64,000 nucleotides of DNA, taken from the NCBI RefSeq assembly GCF_036963785.1, contig NZ_JBALUS010000008.1, positions 5,447 to 69,446 on the forward strand, given 5' to 3'. Source of the stretch: Brevundimonas sp. (lineage in GTDB: Bacteria; Pseudomonadota; Alphaproteobacteria; Caulobacterales; Caulobacteraceae). The notes under the pieces are model-generated. The model was not told the origin of the DNA. It did not search any database and saw only the letters and a list, made by a program, of their open reading frames with translations. Positions 1-9,702 of the stretch are shown here, in pieces (within the stretch, counting starts at the first letter, position 1; the number at the start of each line of letters is the position of its first letter). A program made the position numbers and the translations under genes.

Positions 1-121
1 TGGGCTGCGGCGCGGAGTCGGGGGCCTCGGCCGGACTGAGGGCCGTCGGCGCGGCGTCCATCGACGCGCAAGCCCCGAGCGTCAGGAGCGCGACGAGCAG
101 CGGCAATGTGGTGGCGCGCAT
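1..121 (-). CDS. Lipoprotein, N-terminal part (runs off the window)
   Basis: Manual translation from the ATG at 121: MRATTLPLLVALLTLGACASMDAAP, with a lipobox LGAC. Confidence 0.6.
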   Translation of the reverse strand, partial: MRATTLPLLVALLTLGACASMDAAPTALSPAEAPDSAPQP

Positions 122-143
122 GATGTCCCCCGAGCCGTCAGGC

Positions 144-575
144 TCAATCCGCGCAGATTTCCGTGAAACGGCGCAGCTTTGCAAGGTGGGGACGCGAGAA
201 GGTGATCGTGCGGGTCTGGTCGCCGGCCACGACCTCCAGCGATCCGGTGGCGGTGAAATTGGCGATCGCCGGATGATCGGTGCGCAGGGTCAGGGAAAAG
301 GGGTCGGAGGCATCGCCGGCCGCCATCTGGGCCGTGCCGCTGGCATCGCCGGAGCGGAAACTGGCAAAGCCCGGCCGGGCAGGCAGGTCATAGAAGCTGA
401 CGACCACCCGGCCTGAGCCGGGGGCGCAGGCGAGGGTCGTGGTCAGGCGGTCGGTGTCGGGGATTTCGCGGGCCAGAACGGTCTCTCGCGCGTCCTCATA
501 GAGGGACCACACCCAGCCATCGGCCTGGGGCAGACCTGTATGCAGGGCCAGTATGGCAGCCAGCGTCATCATCAT
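144..575 (-). CDS. Secreted hypothetical protein, paralog of 607-1113
   Basis: Signal-like N-terminus; W...LA...D.L..L.C..G and C-terminal F...C pattern shared with the neighbour. Confidence 0.65.
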   Translation of the reverse strand: MMMTLAAILALHTGLPQADGWVWSLYEDARETVLAREIPDTDRLTTTLACAPGSGRVVVSFYDLPARPGFASFRSGDASGTAQMAAGDASDPFSLTLRTDHPAIANFTATGSLEVVAGDQTRTITFSRPHLAKLRRFTEICAD

Positions 576-606
576 GGGGTCCCTCTCCCGAACGGAGAAG
601 AGATGA

Positions 607-1113
607 TCAGGCCGGCGCCGTTCCGCAAGAGGCGAAGAAGGCCTTCACGGCTTCCTGATCGGCAGAGTCTGAGCCGATGGCGACCTCGCCCTGCTCACTG
701 ACGACGGTCATCTTGCCGGTCGCGGCCAGATCGGCCAGGGCCGCGTCGTGCCGATCGATCTCGGCTTCGTGCAGGATGCCGCCGGTCATGGGGTCCTTGT
801 AGGAGGTCTGGCCGGTGGCGGTTTCGGCCTCGGCGCGGACGGAGCCCAGGGTCGAGACCTTGTCCTCGCCCTCCGTGCACATCAGCATCAGCACCAGCTG
901 GTCGGAGTTGGCGACGCCATAGGCCAGTTTGGCGGTGTCACCCTCGGTGTGAAAATGCCAGTCCATGGCCGGCGCCGCAGGGGCGATCTCGACCGGGGTC
1001 TCGGCCACCAGCATGATCGGCGCCGCAGCGACGCCGTCTTCGGCGGTGTAGCTCTGGGCAGCGTGGGCGACCAGGCCCAGGGCGGCGACGGCGGGGATGA
1101 GAATCTTGAACAT
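607..1113 (-). CDS. Secreted hypothetical protein
   Basis: Signal peptide MFKILIPAVAALGLVAHAA; AGAGG SD; two Cys. Confidence 0.75.
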   Translation of the reverse strand: MFKILIPAVAALGLVAHAAQSYTAEDGVAAAPIMLVAETPVEIAPAAPAMDWHFHTEGDTAKLAYGVANSDQLVLMLMCTEGEDKVSTLGSVRAEAETATGQTSYKDPMTGGILHEAEIDRHDAALADLAATGKMTVVSEQGEVAIGSDSADQEAVKAFFASCGTAPA

Positions 1114-1179
1114 GCGAACACCTCTGTTGCGAGGGAAACGCGGTCCGCCGTTAACGGTTCACGGCCAAGCTTCAACCCC

Positions 1180-1194
1180 CGGCAGAAATTGCCG
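1180..1194. promoter_or_regulatory. ftr-like (FlbD enhancer) palindrome
   Basis: CGGCAGAAATTGCCG, same pattern as the sites at 4400 and 40675-40740. Confidence 0.45.
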
Positions 1195-1224
1195 GGGGCT
1201 GGCTGCGAGAGGGGCCGTGGGGGG

Positions 1225-1950
1225 TCAGAAGGGGCTGAAGCGCTCAACCAGCGACTGGGCGGCCGGGGTGGCCTGCATGCGGCTGATGTCGCCGCGGCCG
1301 CCGTAGGAGATGCGGGCCTCGGCGATCTGGGTGTGGTCGATGCTGTTGGCCGAAGAAATATCCTGCGGGCGAACGATCCCGGCGACAGTCAGCTCGCGCA
1401 CCTCGCGGTTGGTGCGGACCTCCTGACGGCCCTGGATGATCAGATTGCCGTTGGGCAGGACGTCGGTGACGACGGCGGCGATGGTCAGGCTGACCCGCTC
1501 GGAGCGGTTGACGCTGCCGGAGCCGGAGGCATTGGCCTGTCCCTGGACGCCGACCATATTCGCCGGGTCAAAGCCGCCGGGGAAGGCCTGGCCGATGCTG
1601 TTCTCCAGCCCGAAGAAGTTGGTGACGCCGCCCGAGGCGTCATTGGTGCGGGCGCGCTGGGTGGAGTTCTGGGTCTGGGCGCTGTCGTCGATGTCGATGC
1701 GGACGGTGACGATGTCACCGACATAGCGGGCGCGCTGGTCGCCGAAGAAGGTGCGGGCGCCCGTGCGCCACAGGCTGTTGGCGCTGGCCGGACGGGATTC
1801 GGGGGCCGGCAGATACTGCTGCTGCACCGGAACGAGGGCGGCCGGATAGCCGATCGGGGCCAGTTCAGGGCCGCGCACCGCCTCGACGGCGGTCGAGCAG
1901 GCGCCCAGCGACAGGGCAGAGAGGGCGGTGAGGGCAAGAACGATACGCAT
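1225..1950 (-). CDS. flgH: Flagellar L-ring protein
   Basis: Lipobox LGAC; SLW...FFGDQRARYVGDIVTV; IAEARISYGGRG. Confidence 0.97.
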   Translation of the reverse strand: MRIVLALTALSALSLGACSTAVEAVRGPELAPIGYPAALVPVQQQYLPAPESRPASANSLWRTGARTFFGDQRARYVGDIVTVRIDIDDSAQTQNSTQRARTNDASGGVTNFFGLENSIGQAFPGGFDPANMVGVQGQANASGSGSVNRSERVSLTIAAVVTDVLPNGNLIIQGRQEVRTNREVRELTVAGIVRPQDISSANSIDHTQIAEARISYGGRGDISRMQATPAAQSLVERFSPF

Positions 1951-1973
1951 GGGAATCCTCTCGGCGGGACGGA

Positions 1974-2732
1974 TCAGCGGGACTGGGCGCGGAAGGTACG
2001 GGCGGCGGGGCCGACCATGGCCTGACCGGGGGCGGTGGCGATGGCCTCGATGGTGCGGCCGGACTGCAGGTTCAGGATCGGCACGGGCTCGCCAATCGCG
2101 GCATCCCGAGTGGCCCGGCCGGTGATGGTCAGGGTCAGACCCTGATCGACATAGGCGACCTGGACCATGTCATTGCGGGCGATGACCTGGGGCTGGGCGA
2201 GGTCCCGGCCCAGCACGGGTGTGCCCGAGCGCAGGGCCCGACGCGCGGACAGGCCGATGACCTCCTCGGCATCCGCCGGGCCGCCGACGGGCGCGCGGTG
2301 GGCCTGAACCTCGGTCCAGGCGAGGTCCTCGGGGCGGATGATGTCGCCGGCGGCGAGGCTGCGGGTCCAGGTCAGGACCTCGACCGTCTCGCCCGGGCGG
2401 GCGGCGGCGGAGGTGGCGGAGGCGGCGGACGGGGCGGCGCTGCCCTGACGGACGACCACCCGGCGCAGGCCGCGCGGATTGGCCCAGACCAGACCGGCCT
2501 GATGGGCGCGCGACTGGACCATGCCGGCGTCGAGCACGACGGTCGGGCCGGCCCGGCGGGCGATGACGATGTCGGCGGCGGCGCCTGCGCCCTCGAACAG
2601 TTCGCCCAGCGTGACCTGACCGTCGTCGTCGACCGGATTGTCGCGCAGGGTGACGGGCGCCGTGGCCAGCGCCGCCGAGGCGGTAAAGGCCAGGCACAGG
2701 CCCAGCGCGAGGCGGCGGATCAGCCGGGCCAT
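1974..2732 (-). CDS. flgA: Flagellar P-ring formation chaperone
   Basis: SAF-like region and C-terminal G.A...AA.GE.V...NLQSGRTI; position in flgFGAH. Confidence 0.92.
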   Translation of the reverse strand: MARLIRRLALGLCLAFTASAALATAPVTLRDNPVDDDGQVTLGELFEGAGAAADIVIARRAGPTVVLDAGMVQSRAHQAGLVWANPRGLRRVVVRQGSAAPSAASATSAAARPGETVEVLTWTRSLAAGDIIRPEDLAWTEVQAHRAPVGGPADAEEVIGLSARRALRSGTPVLGRDLAQPQVIARNDMVQVAYVDQGLTLTITGRATRDAAIGEPVPILNLQSGRTIEAIATAPGQAMVGPAARTFRAQSR

Positions 2733-3520
2733 CAGCCCTTCACCTGGGCCGAGACCGACATCATTTCGTCGGCGGTCGAGATGACCTTGGAGTTCATTTC
2801 ATAGGCGCGCTGGGCGATGATCAGGGCGCTGATCTCGGAGACGGCGTCGACGTTCGAGGCCTCGGTATAGCCCTGCAGCAGCTGGCCGAAGCCAGGCTCA
2901 CCGGGGGCGCCCGGCGTGGCGGGGCCGGAGGCGGCGGTTTCAAGCAGCAGGTTGTCGCCGATGGCCTCGAGGCCCGCTTCGTTGAAGAAGGTGGCGATCT
3001 CGAGCTGGCCGACGACGGTCGGTTCGGTCTGGCCGGACTGGATGACCTGAACCTCGCCCGCCTTGGAGATGAAGACGTCGATGGCGTCCTGCGGGATGCT
3101 GATGGCGGGCTCGACCGCATAGCCGTCGTCGGTGACGACCTGGCCCTGGCCATTGACCGAGAAATTGCCGGCGCGGGTGTAGGCGGTCTCGCCCGACGGC
3201 AGGGTGATCTGGAAATAGCCCTTGCCGTCGATGGCCAGGTCCAGCCGGTTGCCGGTCTGGGTGGGGGTGCCCTGTTCGGTGATGCGATAGACGCTGCCGG
3301 CCTTCACACCGGCACCGATCTGGATGCCGGTCGGGACCACCGTGCCCTGGGCCGACGAGCTGCCGCCCATCCGCTCGACGTTCTGGTACAACAGGTCCTG
3401 GAACTCGGCCCGCTGACGCTTGAAGCCGACCGTGTTCATGTTGGCGATGTTGTTGGAGATGACCTCGACGTTCAGCTGCTGGGCTGACATGCCGGAGGCG
3501 GCGGTGCGTAGGGCTCTCAT
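2732..3520 (-). CDS. flgG: Flagellar distal rod protein
   Basis: ISNNIANMNTVGFK; YTRAGNF; EASNVDAVSE. Confidence 0.98.
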   Translation of the reverse strand: MRALRTAASGMSAQQLNVEVISNNIANMNTVGFKRQRAEFQDLLYQNVERMGGSSSAQGTVVPTGIQIGAGVKAGSVYRITEQGTPTQTGNRLDLAIDGKGYFQITLPSGETAYTRAGNFSVNGQGQVVTDDGYAVEPAISIPQDAIDVFISKAGEVQVIQSGQTEPTVVGQLEIATFFNEAGLEAIGDNLLLETAASGPATPGAPGEPGFGQLLQGYTEASNVDAVSEISALIIAQRAYEMNSKVISTADEMMSVSAQVKG

Positions 3521-3566
3521 GGGATTGCTCTCCTTGAGGGGGAAGGGGGAAGGGGACGGGTCGGCA

Positions 3567-4304
3567 TCAGCCCACGCGTCCCAGCCGCTCGACGGACTTG
3601 CGGCTCAGTTCGTTGCTCTGTTCGATCATTTTCGAGATGCGCTCATAGCTGCGGCTGATCTCGATGAGATTGGTGATTTCGAGGATAGGATTGACGTTGG
3701 ATCCCTCCAGCATCCCCTGATGGATGCGGGCGTCGGGGGCGTCCATCGGCTGGGCATTCGAGGTGTTGCGGTACAGGCCGTCACCGGCCTTTTCGAGCAC
3801 CGACAGGGTGTCGAAGCGAACGACCGTCAGCCGGCCGACGACCTGGCCGTCCTGGCTGATGGTGCCGTCTCCGGCCACCTGGGGGGCACCGCGCGCCGGA
3901 TCGAGCAGGATCTCACCGCCGTCGCCCAGCACCGGCAGTCCGGCGGCGGTGACCAGCAGGCCCTCGGGGCTGATGGTGAAGGCGCCGTCGCGGGTATAGG
4001 CCTCGGCGTCCCCGTCCTGGACGGTGAAGAAGGCGCCGTCGCCCTCGATGGCGAAGTCGAGAGTGCGACCGGTCTGGGACAGGGCGCCCTGGCCGTAGTC
4101 GCGGCCCACACCCCGGTCCAGAACGAAGCTGACGCCCGGGCGGACGGCGTCGTTGCGGGCGCCCTGGCCGATCTCGGTGCCGACCATCAGCTGCTCGACC
4201 TTGAAGCCGGTGGTGTTCGCATTGGCGATGTTGTTGGCCACGATGTCGAGCTCGCGGCGCAGCGTCATCTGGCGTGACAATCCGATGTAGGCGACGTTTT
4301 CCAA
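3567..4304 (-). CDS. flgF: Flagellar basal-body rod protein (TTG start)
   Basis: ANNIANANTTGFK; YTRDGAF; LEGSNVN; AAGGAG SD upstream of TTG at 4304. Confidence 0.96.
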   Translation of the reverse strand: MENVAYIGLSRQMTLRRELDIVANNIANANTTGFKVEQLMVGTEIGQGARNDAVRPGVSFVLDRGVGRDYGQGALSQTGRTLDFAIEGDGAFFTVQDGDAEAYTRDGAFTISPEGLLVTAAGLPVLGDGGEILLDPARGAPQVAGDGTISQDGQVVGRLTVVRFDTLSVLEKAGDGLYRNTSNAQPMDAPDARIHQGMLEGSNVNPILEITNLIEISRSYERISKMIEQSNELSRKSVERLGRVG

Positions 4305-4330
4305 GACGGAACTCCTTCGCTCCGACCGTC

Positions 4331-4345
4331 GCAAGCACCATGCCA
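4331..4345 (-). promoter_or_regulatory. Sigma-54 promoter of flgFGAH
   Basis: Minus strand TGGCATGGTGCTTGC = GG-N10-GC. Confidence 0.85.
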
Positions 4346-4399
4346 GTGAGGTTAATTCAGTAAAATCAAAGCACTGAGTTTTTGCTGCGACGCTTTGCC

Positions 4400-4414
4400 C
4401 GGCAGAAAATGCCG
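4400..4414. promoter_or_regulatory. ftr (FlbD) enhancer upstream of flgF
   Basis: CGGCAGAAAATGCCG about 60 bp upstream of the sigma-54 site, with an AT-rich IHF-like stretch between. Confidence 0.7.
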
Positions 4415-4477
4415 GTTCTAAACGCCCCGTTAACCAAAACCCGCTTCTTTGGGCCGGTCAGAGTGGGGCCATAGCGC

Positions 4478-5119
4478 ATGCTGAAATTTGGCAAGAAGAA
4501 GAAGGCCGAGGGGACCGACGTCGCCGTGGCCGAAGGCGCGGGCGGTGACGGTGAGGGCGAAGCGGCTCCCGCCAAGAAGAAGCTGCCGCTGCTGTTCATC
4601 ATCATTCCGGTGGCCCTGCTGGTGCTGGGGGGCGGAGGCGCGGGCGCCTTCTTCATGCTGTCGCCCAAACCCGCCACAGCCGAGGGCGCTGACGGGCATG
4701 AGGCGCCCAAGGATGACGGCCACGGCGAGAAGAAGCCCGACAAGGGCGGGGGTCACGGCGGCGGCGGCGGAGAGATGGACCCGGCGCTGGGCAAGATCAC
4801 CGAAGGGCCGGACGGGGTGACCTTCTACACCCTGCCCGACATGGTGGTGAACATTCAGACGGCCGACGGCCGGCCCGCCTATCTGAAGCTGCGGCTGACG
4901 CTGGAGCTGAAGGATGCCCATCTGGCCGACCAGCTGATGGCCGAGATGCCGCGTCTGCAGGACATGTTTCAGGGGTTCCTGCGCGAACTGCGCACCGAGG
5001 ACCTGAACGGCTCGGCCGGCAATTTCCAGCTGCGCGCGGAAATCCTTCGCCGGGTCAATCTGATCCTGGCGCCCGGCAAGGCTGAAGCCGTGCTGATCGA
5101 AGAAATGTTGGTGAACTAG
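4478..5119 (+). CDS. fliL: Flagellar basal body-associated protein
   Basis: Single TM segment; LPDMVVNI; FQGFLRELRTEDLNGSAG. Confidence 0.95.
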   Translation: MLKFGKKKKAEGTDVAVAEGAGGDGEGEAAPAKKKLPLLFIIIPVALLVLGGGGAGAFFMLSPKPATAEGADGHEAPKDDGHGEKKPDKGGGHGGGGGEMDPALGKITEGPDGVTFYTLPDMVVNIQTADGRPAYLKLRLTLELKDAHLADQLMAEMPRLQDMFQGFLRELRTEDLNGSAGNFQLRAEILRRVNLILAPGKAEAVLIEEMLVN

Positions 5120-5120
5120 G

Positions 5121-6188
5121 ATGAGCGAGGCCGCACTCGCCGATGCCGAGGACGATCCGTTCGGCGCTGACGACGGGGAGGGCCGTGCGGGCCTGATGCC
5201 CGAACGGGTGCTGAACCAGGAAGAGATCGACAGCCTGCTCGGCTTCGACATGGGCGGGGACGACGAGGAACGCTCTGGCATCCGGGCGATCATCAATTCG
5301 GCTCTGGTCAGCTATGAGCGCCTGCCGATGCTGGAGATCGTCTTTGACCGCCTGGTGCGGTTGATGACGACATCCCTCCGCAATTTCACCAGCGACAACG
5401 TCGAGGTCAGCCTCGACAACATCTCGTCGATCCGGTTCGGCGACTATCTGAACTCGATCCCGCTGCCGGCCATCCTGGCGGTATTCCGGGCCGAGGAGCT
5501 GGACAACTACGGCCTGCTGACGGTCGATTCCAACCTGATCTATTCCATCGTCGATGTGCTGCTGGGCGGTCGCCGCGGCACGGCGGCGCTCCGGATCGAG
5601 GGCCGGCCCTATACGACCATCGAACGGGTGCTGGTGCAGCGCATGGTCGAAGTGGTGCTGAACGATGCCCGGGCCGCCTTCGAGCCGCTGACGCCGGTGC
5701 ATTTCAACCTGGACCGTCTGGAGACCAATCCGCGCTTTGCCGCCATCGCGCGGCCGGCCAATGCGGCCATTCTGGTCAAGCTGCGCATCGACATGGAAGA
5801 CCGTGGCGGGCGTATCGAGCTGTTGCTGCCGTACGGGACGCTGGAACCGATCCGCAAGATGCTGCTGCAGCAGTTCATGGGGGAGAAGTTCGGCCGCGAC
5901 AATATCTGGGAAGGCCACCTGGCGACCGAGCTGTGGACCACCGACACCGAGGTTCGGGCCGTGCTGGACGAGCAGCAGGTGCCGCTGTCGCAGGTGCTGA
6001 ATCTGAAGGTCGGCGACACCCTGATGCTGAATGCCACGCCCAATTCCGAAATCTCGATCCGCAGCGGCACCATCCCGCTGACGACGGGGCGGATGGGGCG
6101 CAAGGGCCAGAATATCGCCGTGCGCGTCGAGGCACCGGTTCGGGTGGAGATCGCCGAGCGTCTGGCCAAACAAAAGGGTCTGTCATGA
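5121..6188 (+). CDS. fliM: Flagellar motor switch protein
   Basis: VLNQEEIDSLL; RLPMLEIVFDR; C-terminal SpoA-like domain. Confidence 0.97.
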   Translation: MSEAALADAEDDPFGADDGEGRAGLMPERVLNQEEIDSLLGFDMGGDDEERSGIRAIINSALVSYERLPMLEIVFDRLVRLMTTSLRNFTSDNVEVSLDNISSIRFGDYLNSIPLPAILAVFRAEELDNYGLLTVDSNLIYSIVDVLLGGRRGTAALRIEGRPYTTIERVLVQRMVEVVLNDARAAFEPLTPVHFNLDRLETNPRFAAIARPANAAILVKLRIDMEDRGGRIELLLPYGTLEPIRKMLLQQFMGEKFGRDNIWEGHLATELWTTDTEVRAVLDEQQVPLSQVLNLKVGDTLMLNATPNSEISIRSGTIPLTTGRMGRKGQNIAVRVEAPVRVEIAERLAKQKGLS

Positions 6189-6703
6189 TCGGAACGGTTC
6201 TGGATGCCATTCTGATGCTGCTGCTGGTCAGCGCCATCGCCTATGGCGTGCGGCTGGATCGTCGGCTGAAGGCGGTTCGCGAGGGACAGGCGGCGTTCGC
6301 CGGCGCGATTGCGGAGCTGAACAGCGCCGCGGGCCGGGCCGAGTCGGCGCTGAAGACCCTGCGCGAGGCGGGCCAGGAAACCGATCTGCTGCACGACCGC
6401 ATCGTCAAGGCGCGGGCCCTTAAGCAGGAACTGGAAGGCCTGCTGGCACGCGAGGGCCGGGAAGTCCGGGCGGCGGTTGCCGCAGCGCCTGCGCCCGAGC
6501 CGAAGCTGCGCATGGCCCCGGGGGCGGATCCGGCGACCGACCTTTACGGCAAGCTGGAGAGTCTGGCGGTGGCCCCCGATGTGCCCGGAGAAGCCGCCGA
6601 GCGGTTCGCCCCGGTGCTGCAGGCGCTGGCCGCTAACCACGCTGCGAAACAAAGCCTGAACCGCGCCCGCCGTAGTCTGGACGAAGACCTGTTTGCTGCC
6701 TGA
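6185..6703 (+). CDS. DUF6468-like flagellar-locus membrane protein
   Basis: ATGA overlap with the fliM stop; N-terminal TM then coiled coil (RLDRRLKAVR). Confidence 0.75.
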   Translation: MIGTVLDAILMLLLVSAIAYGVRLDRRLKAVREGQAAFAGAIAELNSAAGRAESALKTLREAGQETDLLHDRIVKARALKQELEGLLAREGREVRAAVAAAPAPEPKLRMAPGADPATDLYGKLESLAVAPDVPGEAAERFAPVLQALAANHAAKQSLNRARRSLDEDLFAA

Positions 6704-6734
6704 TCCCTCCTTTCGCGCTGTCTGAAAGCCCCTG

Positions 6735-7598
6735 ATGTCCAAGCTGCCCCGCCTGTTGCCTCTCGTTGCCATCGCCATCGGCGGGGTGATTGCCGTGCGC
6801 GCGGCCGGAACCGTGCCGGGCATGTTCCAGGGCGCCGTGGCCTGGGCCGAGGAAGCCGTGCCCGCCGAGGGCGCCGAGACGCCCAAGCCGCCGGTGGCGG
6901 GGGTCTGCACCCTGACCGACGAACAGCTGGCGGATCAGGCCGGAATTTCTCCGGCCGAGCTGCGAGTCATCCAGTCGCTGTCGGGACGGCGCGTTGAGCT
7001 GGACGCGCGCGAGGAGGAGATGGCGACCATGCTGCCGCTGCTGATCGCCGCCGAGCAGAAGATCGACGCCCGTATCGTCGAGCTGAACGCCGTCGAGGGC
7101 GAGGTCGAGGACATGCTGGGCCAGCTGGACGAAAAGGAGCAGGCCGAGGTCGACCGTCTGGTGCAGGTCTATTCCGCCATGCGCCCGCGCGATGCGGCGG
7201 CCGTCTTCGTCACCCTGGACGATGAGGTGCGCCTGCCGGTGGCGGCGGCCATGCGGCCCCGGGCGCTCGCCGCCATTCTGGCGCAGATGCCGCCGGCCGA
7301 GGCCCGCGAACTGACCGAGAAGCTGGCCGGAATGAACACCCGTCCGGATCTGGAAGCGCGAGCGGCGGCGGCCAGCCGGGGAACACCGGCACCGGCCGCA
7401 ACGACGCCTGCGGCCACACCCGCCGCGACGCCGGCCGCGCCGCGCGCACAGCCCGCCCGTCAACCCGCGCGCCAGACCCCGCGACAGACGCCGCCGACGC
7501 GTGAGACCCCGCCGCCTGCCGCGGAGACGCCAGCTTCCGAGCGTGCCGCCGCCGCCGAGACCCCGGCGCGCGGTCCGGCCCGCCAGACGGTGCAATAG
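6735..7598 (+). CDS. MotE-family flagellar protein
   Basis: RLVQVYSAMRPRDAAAVF...ILAQMPP; Pro/Ala-rich tail. Confidence 0.8.
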   Translation: MSKLPRLLPLVAIAIGGVIAVRAAGTVPGMFQGAVAWAEEAVPAEGAETPKPPVAGVCTLTDEQLADQAGISPAELRVIQSLSGRRVELDAREEEMATMLPLLIAAEQKIDARIVELNAVEGEVEDMLGQLDEKEQAEVDRLVQVYSAMRPRDAAAVFVTLDDEVRLPVAAAMRPRALAAILAQMPPAEARELTEKLAGMNTRPDLEARAAAASRGTPAPAATTPAATPAATPAAPRAQPARQPARQTPRQTPPTRETPPPAAETPASERAAAAETPARGPARQTVQ

Positions 7599-7673
7599 GC
7601 GCCACGCCACTTGCCTTGGCGGGCTGAGGCTCTAAGACGCGATCCTGTTTTTGTTTTCGCCCGAGGACCCCTC

Positions 7674-7916
7674 ATGTCCGATACCCCGCCCGATCGCCTG
7701 TGCGTCGATCCCGACAGCAAATTCCACGATGAGGCCGTGCTGGCGCGGGGCGTCGGCATCCGCTTCAAGGGCGAGGAAAAGACCAACGTCGAGGAATATT
7801 GCGTTTCGGAAGGCTGGGTGCGTCTGGCCGTCGGCAATCGCGTGGACCGGCGCGGCAAGGCCCTGACGGTCAAGCTGCAGGGGCCGGTCGAGCCCTATTT
7901 CCAAGACGTCGAATAG
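7674..7916 (+). CDS. DUF3297-family protein
   Basis: PPDRL...GVGIRFKGEEKTNVEEYCVSEGWVR; GAGG SD. Confidence 0.85.
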   Translation: MSDTPPDRLCVDPDSKFHDEAVLARGVGIRFKGEEKTNVEEYCVSEGWVRLAVGNRVDRRGKALTVKLQGPVEPYFQDVE

Positions 7917-7985
7917 CGCTCGGCCGATCGGGCTTTGCGCCCCGCCCGTGAGCCGCTAGGACTGCGGCTCCGGTATTCGGGGGAG

Positions 7986-9419
7986 ATGACGATGCGGCTT
8001 GCAGCAACAGCACTGGTGGCGACGCTGGGATTGATGGCGCTCGGAGTGTCGTCGGTCGCCACGGCCCAGACCGCCGAGGATATCCGAATTGCCGAACAGC
8101 TGCGCGATCGCGCCCTCGAGGGCAGCGGGGCGTTCGAGATCGTCGAGGAGCTGACCACCCGGTTCGGACCGCGTCCGGCGGGCTCGGCCTCGGAACAGGC
8201 GTCGGCGCAGTGGGGCGCCGAGCTGATGACCGGCATGGGCTTTGCCAATGTCGAGATCGAATCCTTCCCCCTGAAGCTGTGGGAACGGGGTGAGACCCGG
8301 GTGGAAATCCTGTCGCCCTTCCCCCAGGCGCTGGTGGCGACCGCGCTCGGCGGAACGATTTCCACGCCACCCGGCGGGATTGAAGCCGAGGCGGTGATCT
8401 TCGAGACCTATCAGGAGCTGCTGGACCAGCCCGAGGGCGCGCTGACCGGCAAGATTGTGGTGGTGTTGCAGGATACGGTGCCGGCCCAGGACGGGCGCGG
8501 CTATGGCACCAGCTCGCCTATCCGCGGACAGGGCCCGTTTGAGGCGGCGAAGCGCGGGGCGGTCGGCTATGTGCTGCGCTCGCTGGGCACCCACGACCAC
8601 CGCTTTGCCCATACGGGCGCGACGCGGGTCGGCGAGGGCCAGATCCCGGCCTTTGCCATCAGCCCGCCGGACGCCGACCAGCTGCGCCGGGCGCAACGCC
8701 TGACCGATGAGCCGATCCGCATGCGGCTGGTCTCGGGTGCCGGCTTTGTCGCCGACAGCCACTCGCAGAACGTCGTGGCCGAGGTCGTCGGCTGGGAGTT
8801 TCCCGATCAGGTGATCGTCATCGGCGGGCATCTGGACAGCTGGGACCTGGGCACCGGCGCGATCGACGACGGGGCGGGCATCGCCATCACCACGGCGGCG
8901 CTGAAGCTGATCGAGGATCTGCCGGTCCAGCCGCGCCGCACGATCCGCGTGGTCTGGTGGGGCTCGGAAGAGGTCAGCCAGCCGCCGCCCTCGCAGGGTC
9001 TGGCCGGGGCGCGCTTCTATGCCGACCGCCGGGCCGGAGAGCTGGAGATGCATGTCGCCGCCAGCGAAAGCGATTTCGGCGCGGACCGGATCTACAGCCT
9101 CGCCCTGCCGGCCGGCGCGGGTGACAGCGAGCTGCGCCGGGCCGCCATGCGGGTGCTGACGCCGCTGGGCATTCTGTTCGACGGGGCGCCGGCGACCGGC
9201 GGCGGACCCGATACCACCCCGCTGGTGCAGGCCGGCGTGCCCGCCTTTCGCCTGAACCAGCAAGGCATGGACTATTTCGACACCCACCACACGGCCGACG
9301 ATGTGCTGGACCGGATCGACCCGGAGGCGCTGGACCAGAACGTCGCCGCCTGGGCCGCCTTCCTGTGGCTGCTGGCCAACTCCGACATCGACTTCCGGGC
9401 CTTACGGGCGGCGCAATAG
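7986..9419 (+). CDS. Secreted M28/M20 aminopeptidase
   Basis: Signal peptide; GGHLDSWDLGTGAIDDGAG; GSEE; HHTADD. Confidence 0.92.
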   Translation: MTMRLAATALVATLGLMALGVSSVATAQTAEDIRIAEQLRDRALEGSGAFEIVEELTTRFGPRPAGSASEQASAQWGAELMTGMGFANVEIESFPLKLWERGETRVEILSPFPQALVATALGGTISTPPGGIEAEAVIFETYQELLDQPEGALTGKIVVVLQDTVPAQDGRGYGTSSPIRGQGPFEAAKRGAVGYVLRSLGTHDHRFAHTGATRVGEGQIPAFAISPPDADQLRRAQRLTDEPIRMRLVSGAGFVADSHSQNVVAEVVGWEFPDQVIVIGGHLDSWDLGTGAIDDGAGIAITTAALKLIEDLPVQPRRTIRVVWWGSEEVSQPPPSQGLAGARFYADRRAGELEMHVAASESDFGADRIYSLALPAGAGDSELRRAAMRVLTPLGILFDGAPATGGGPDTTPLVQAGVPAFRLNQQGMDYFDTHHTADDVLDRIDPEALDQNVAAWAAFLWLLANSDIDFRALRAAQ

Positions 9420-9427
9420 GCCCTCTG

Positions 9428-9512
9428 GCGAGCGTGGCGAAACTGGTAGACGCAAGGGACTTAAAATCCCTCGACTTCGGTCATGCGGGTTCGACCCCCG
9501 CCGCTCGCACCA
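9428..9512 (+). tRNA. tRNA-Leu(UAA)
   Basis: GCGAGCG/CGCTCGC acceptor stem, TGGTAGA D-loop, anticodon arm AGGGA-CTTAAAA-TCCCT, long variable arm, GGTTCGA, encoded CCA. Confidence 0.97.
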
Positions 9513-9519
9513 CTGCAGG

Positions 9520-9702
9520 CTAGCGCTTCTTGCCCAGCTCGGCGGCGATGTCCTTGATGTTGCGCCCGGCCTTGCGGTGGGCGGCGGTCAGCTGGTCACG
9601 GGTCACGCCCCAGCGCTTCATCCAGTGTTCCATGGCCTGACGCTCGGACAGGTCCAGCCGGTCCTTGTCGATGAAGCCGCGCTTGTCCTTGAGGCCCGCC
9701 AT
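9520..9702 (-). CDS. DUF3606-family small protein
   Basis: D.DRLDLSE..AMEHWMKRWGVTRDQL; GGAG SD. Confidence 0.75.
   Translation of the reverse strand: MAGLKDKRGFIDKDRLDLSERQAMEHWMKRWGVTRDQLTAAHRKAGRNIKDIAAELGKKR

Noticed and set aside
7380-7590. PAATPA/PARQ repeats in the motE tail as a DNA repeat element
   Set aside because: In-frame low-complexity protein linker
9428-9520. tRNA-Leu as an integration site
   Set aside because: No integrase nearby, and I saw no duplicated tRNA 3' end (att) in the window
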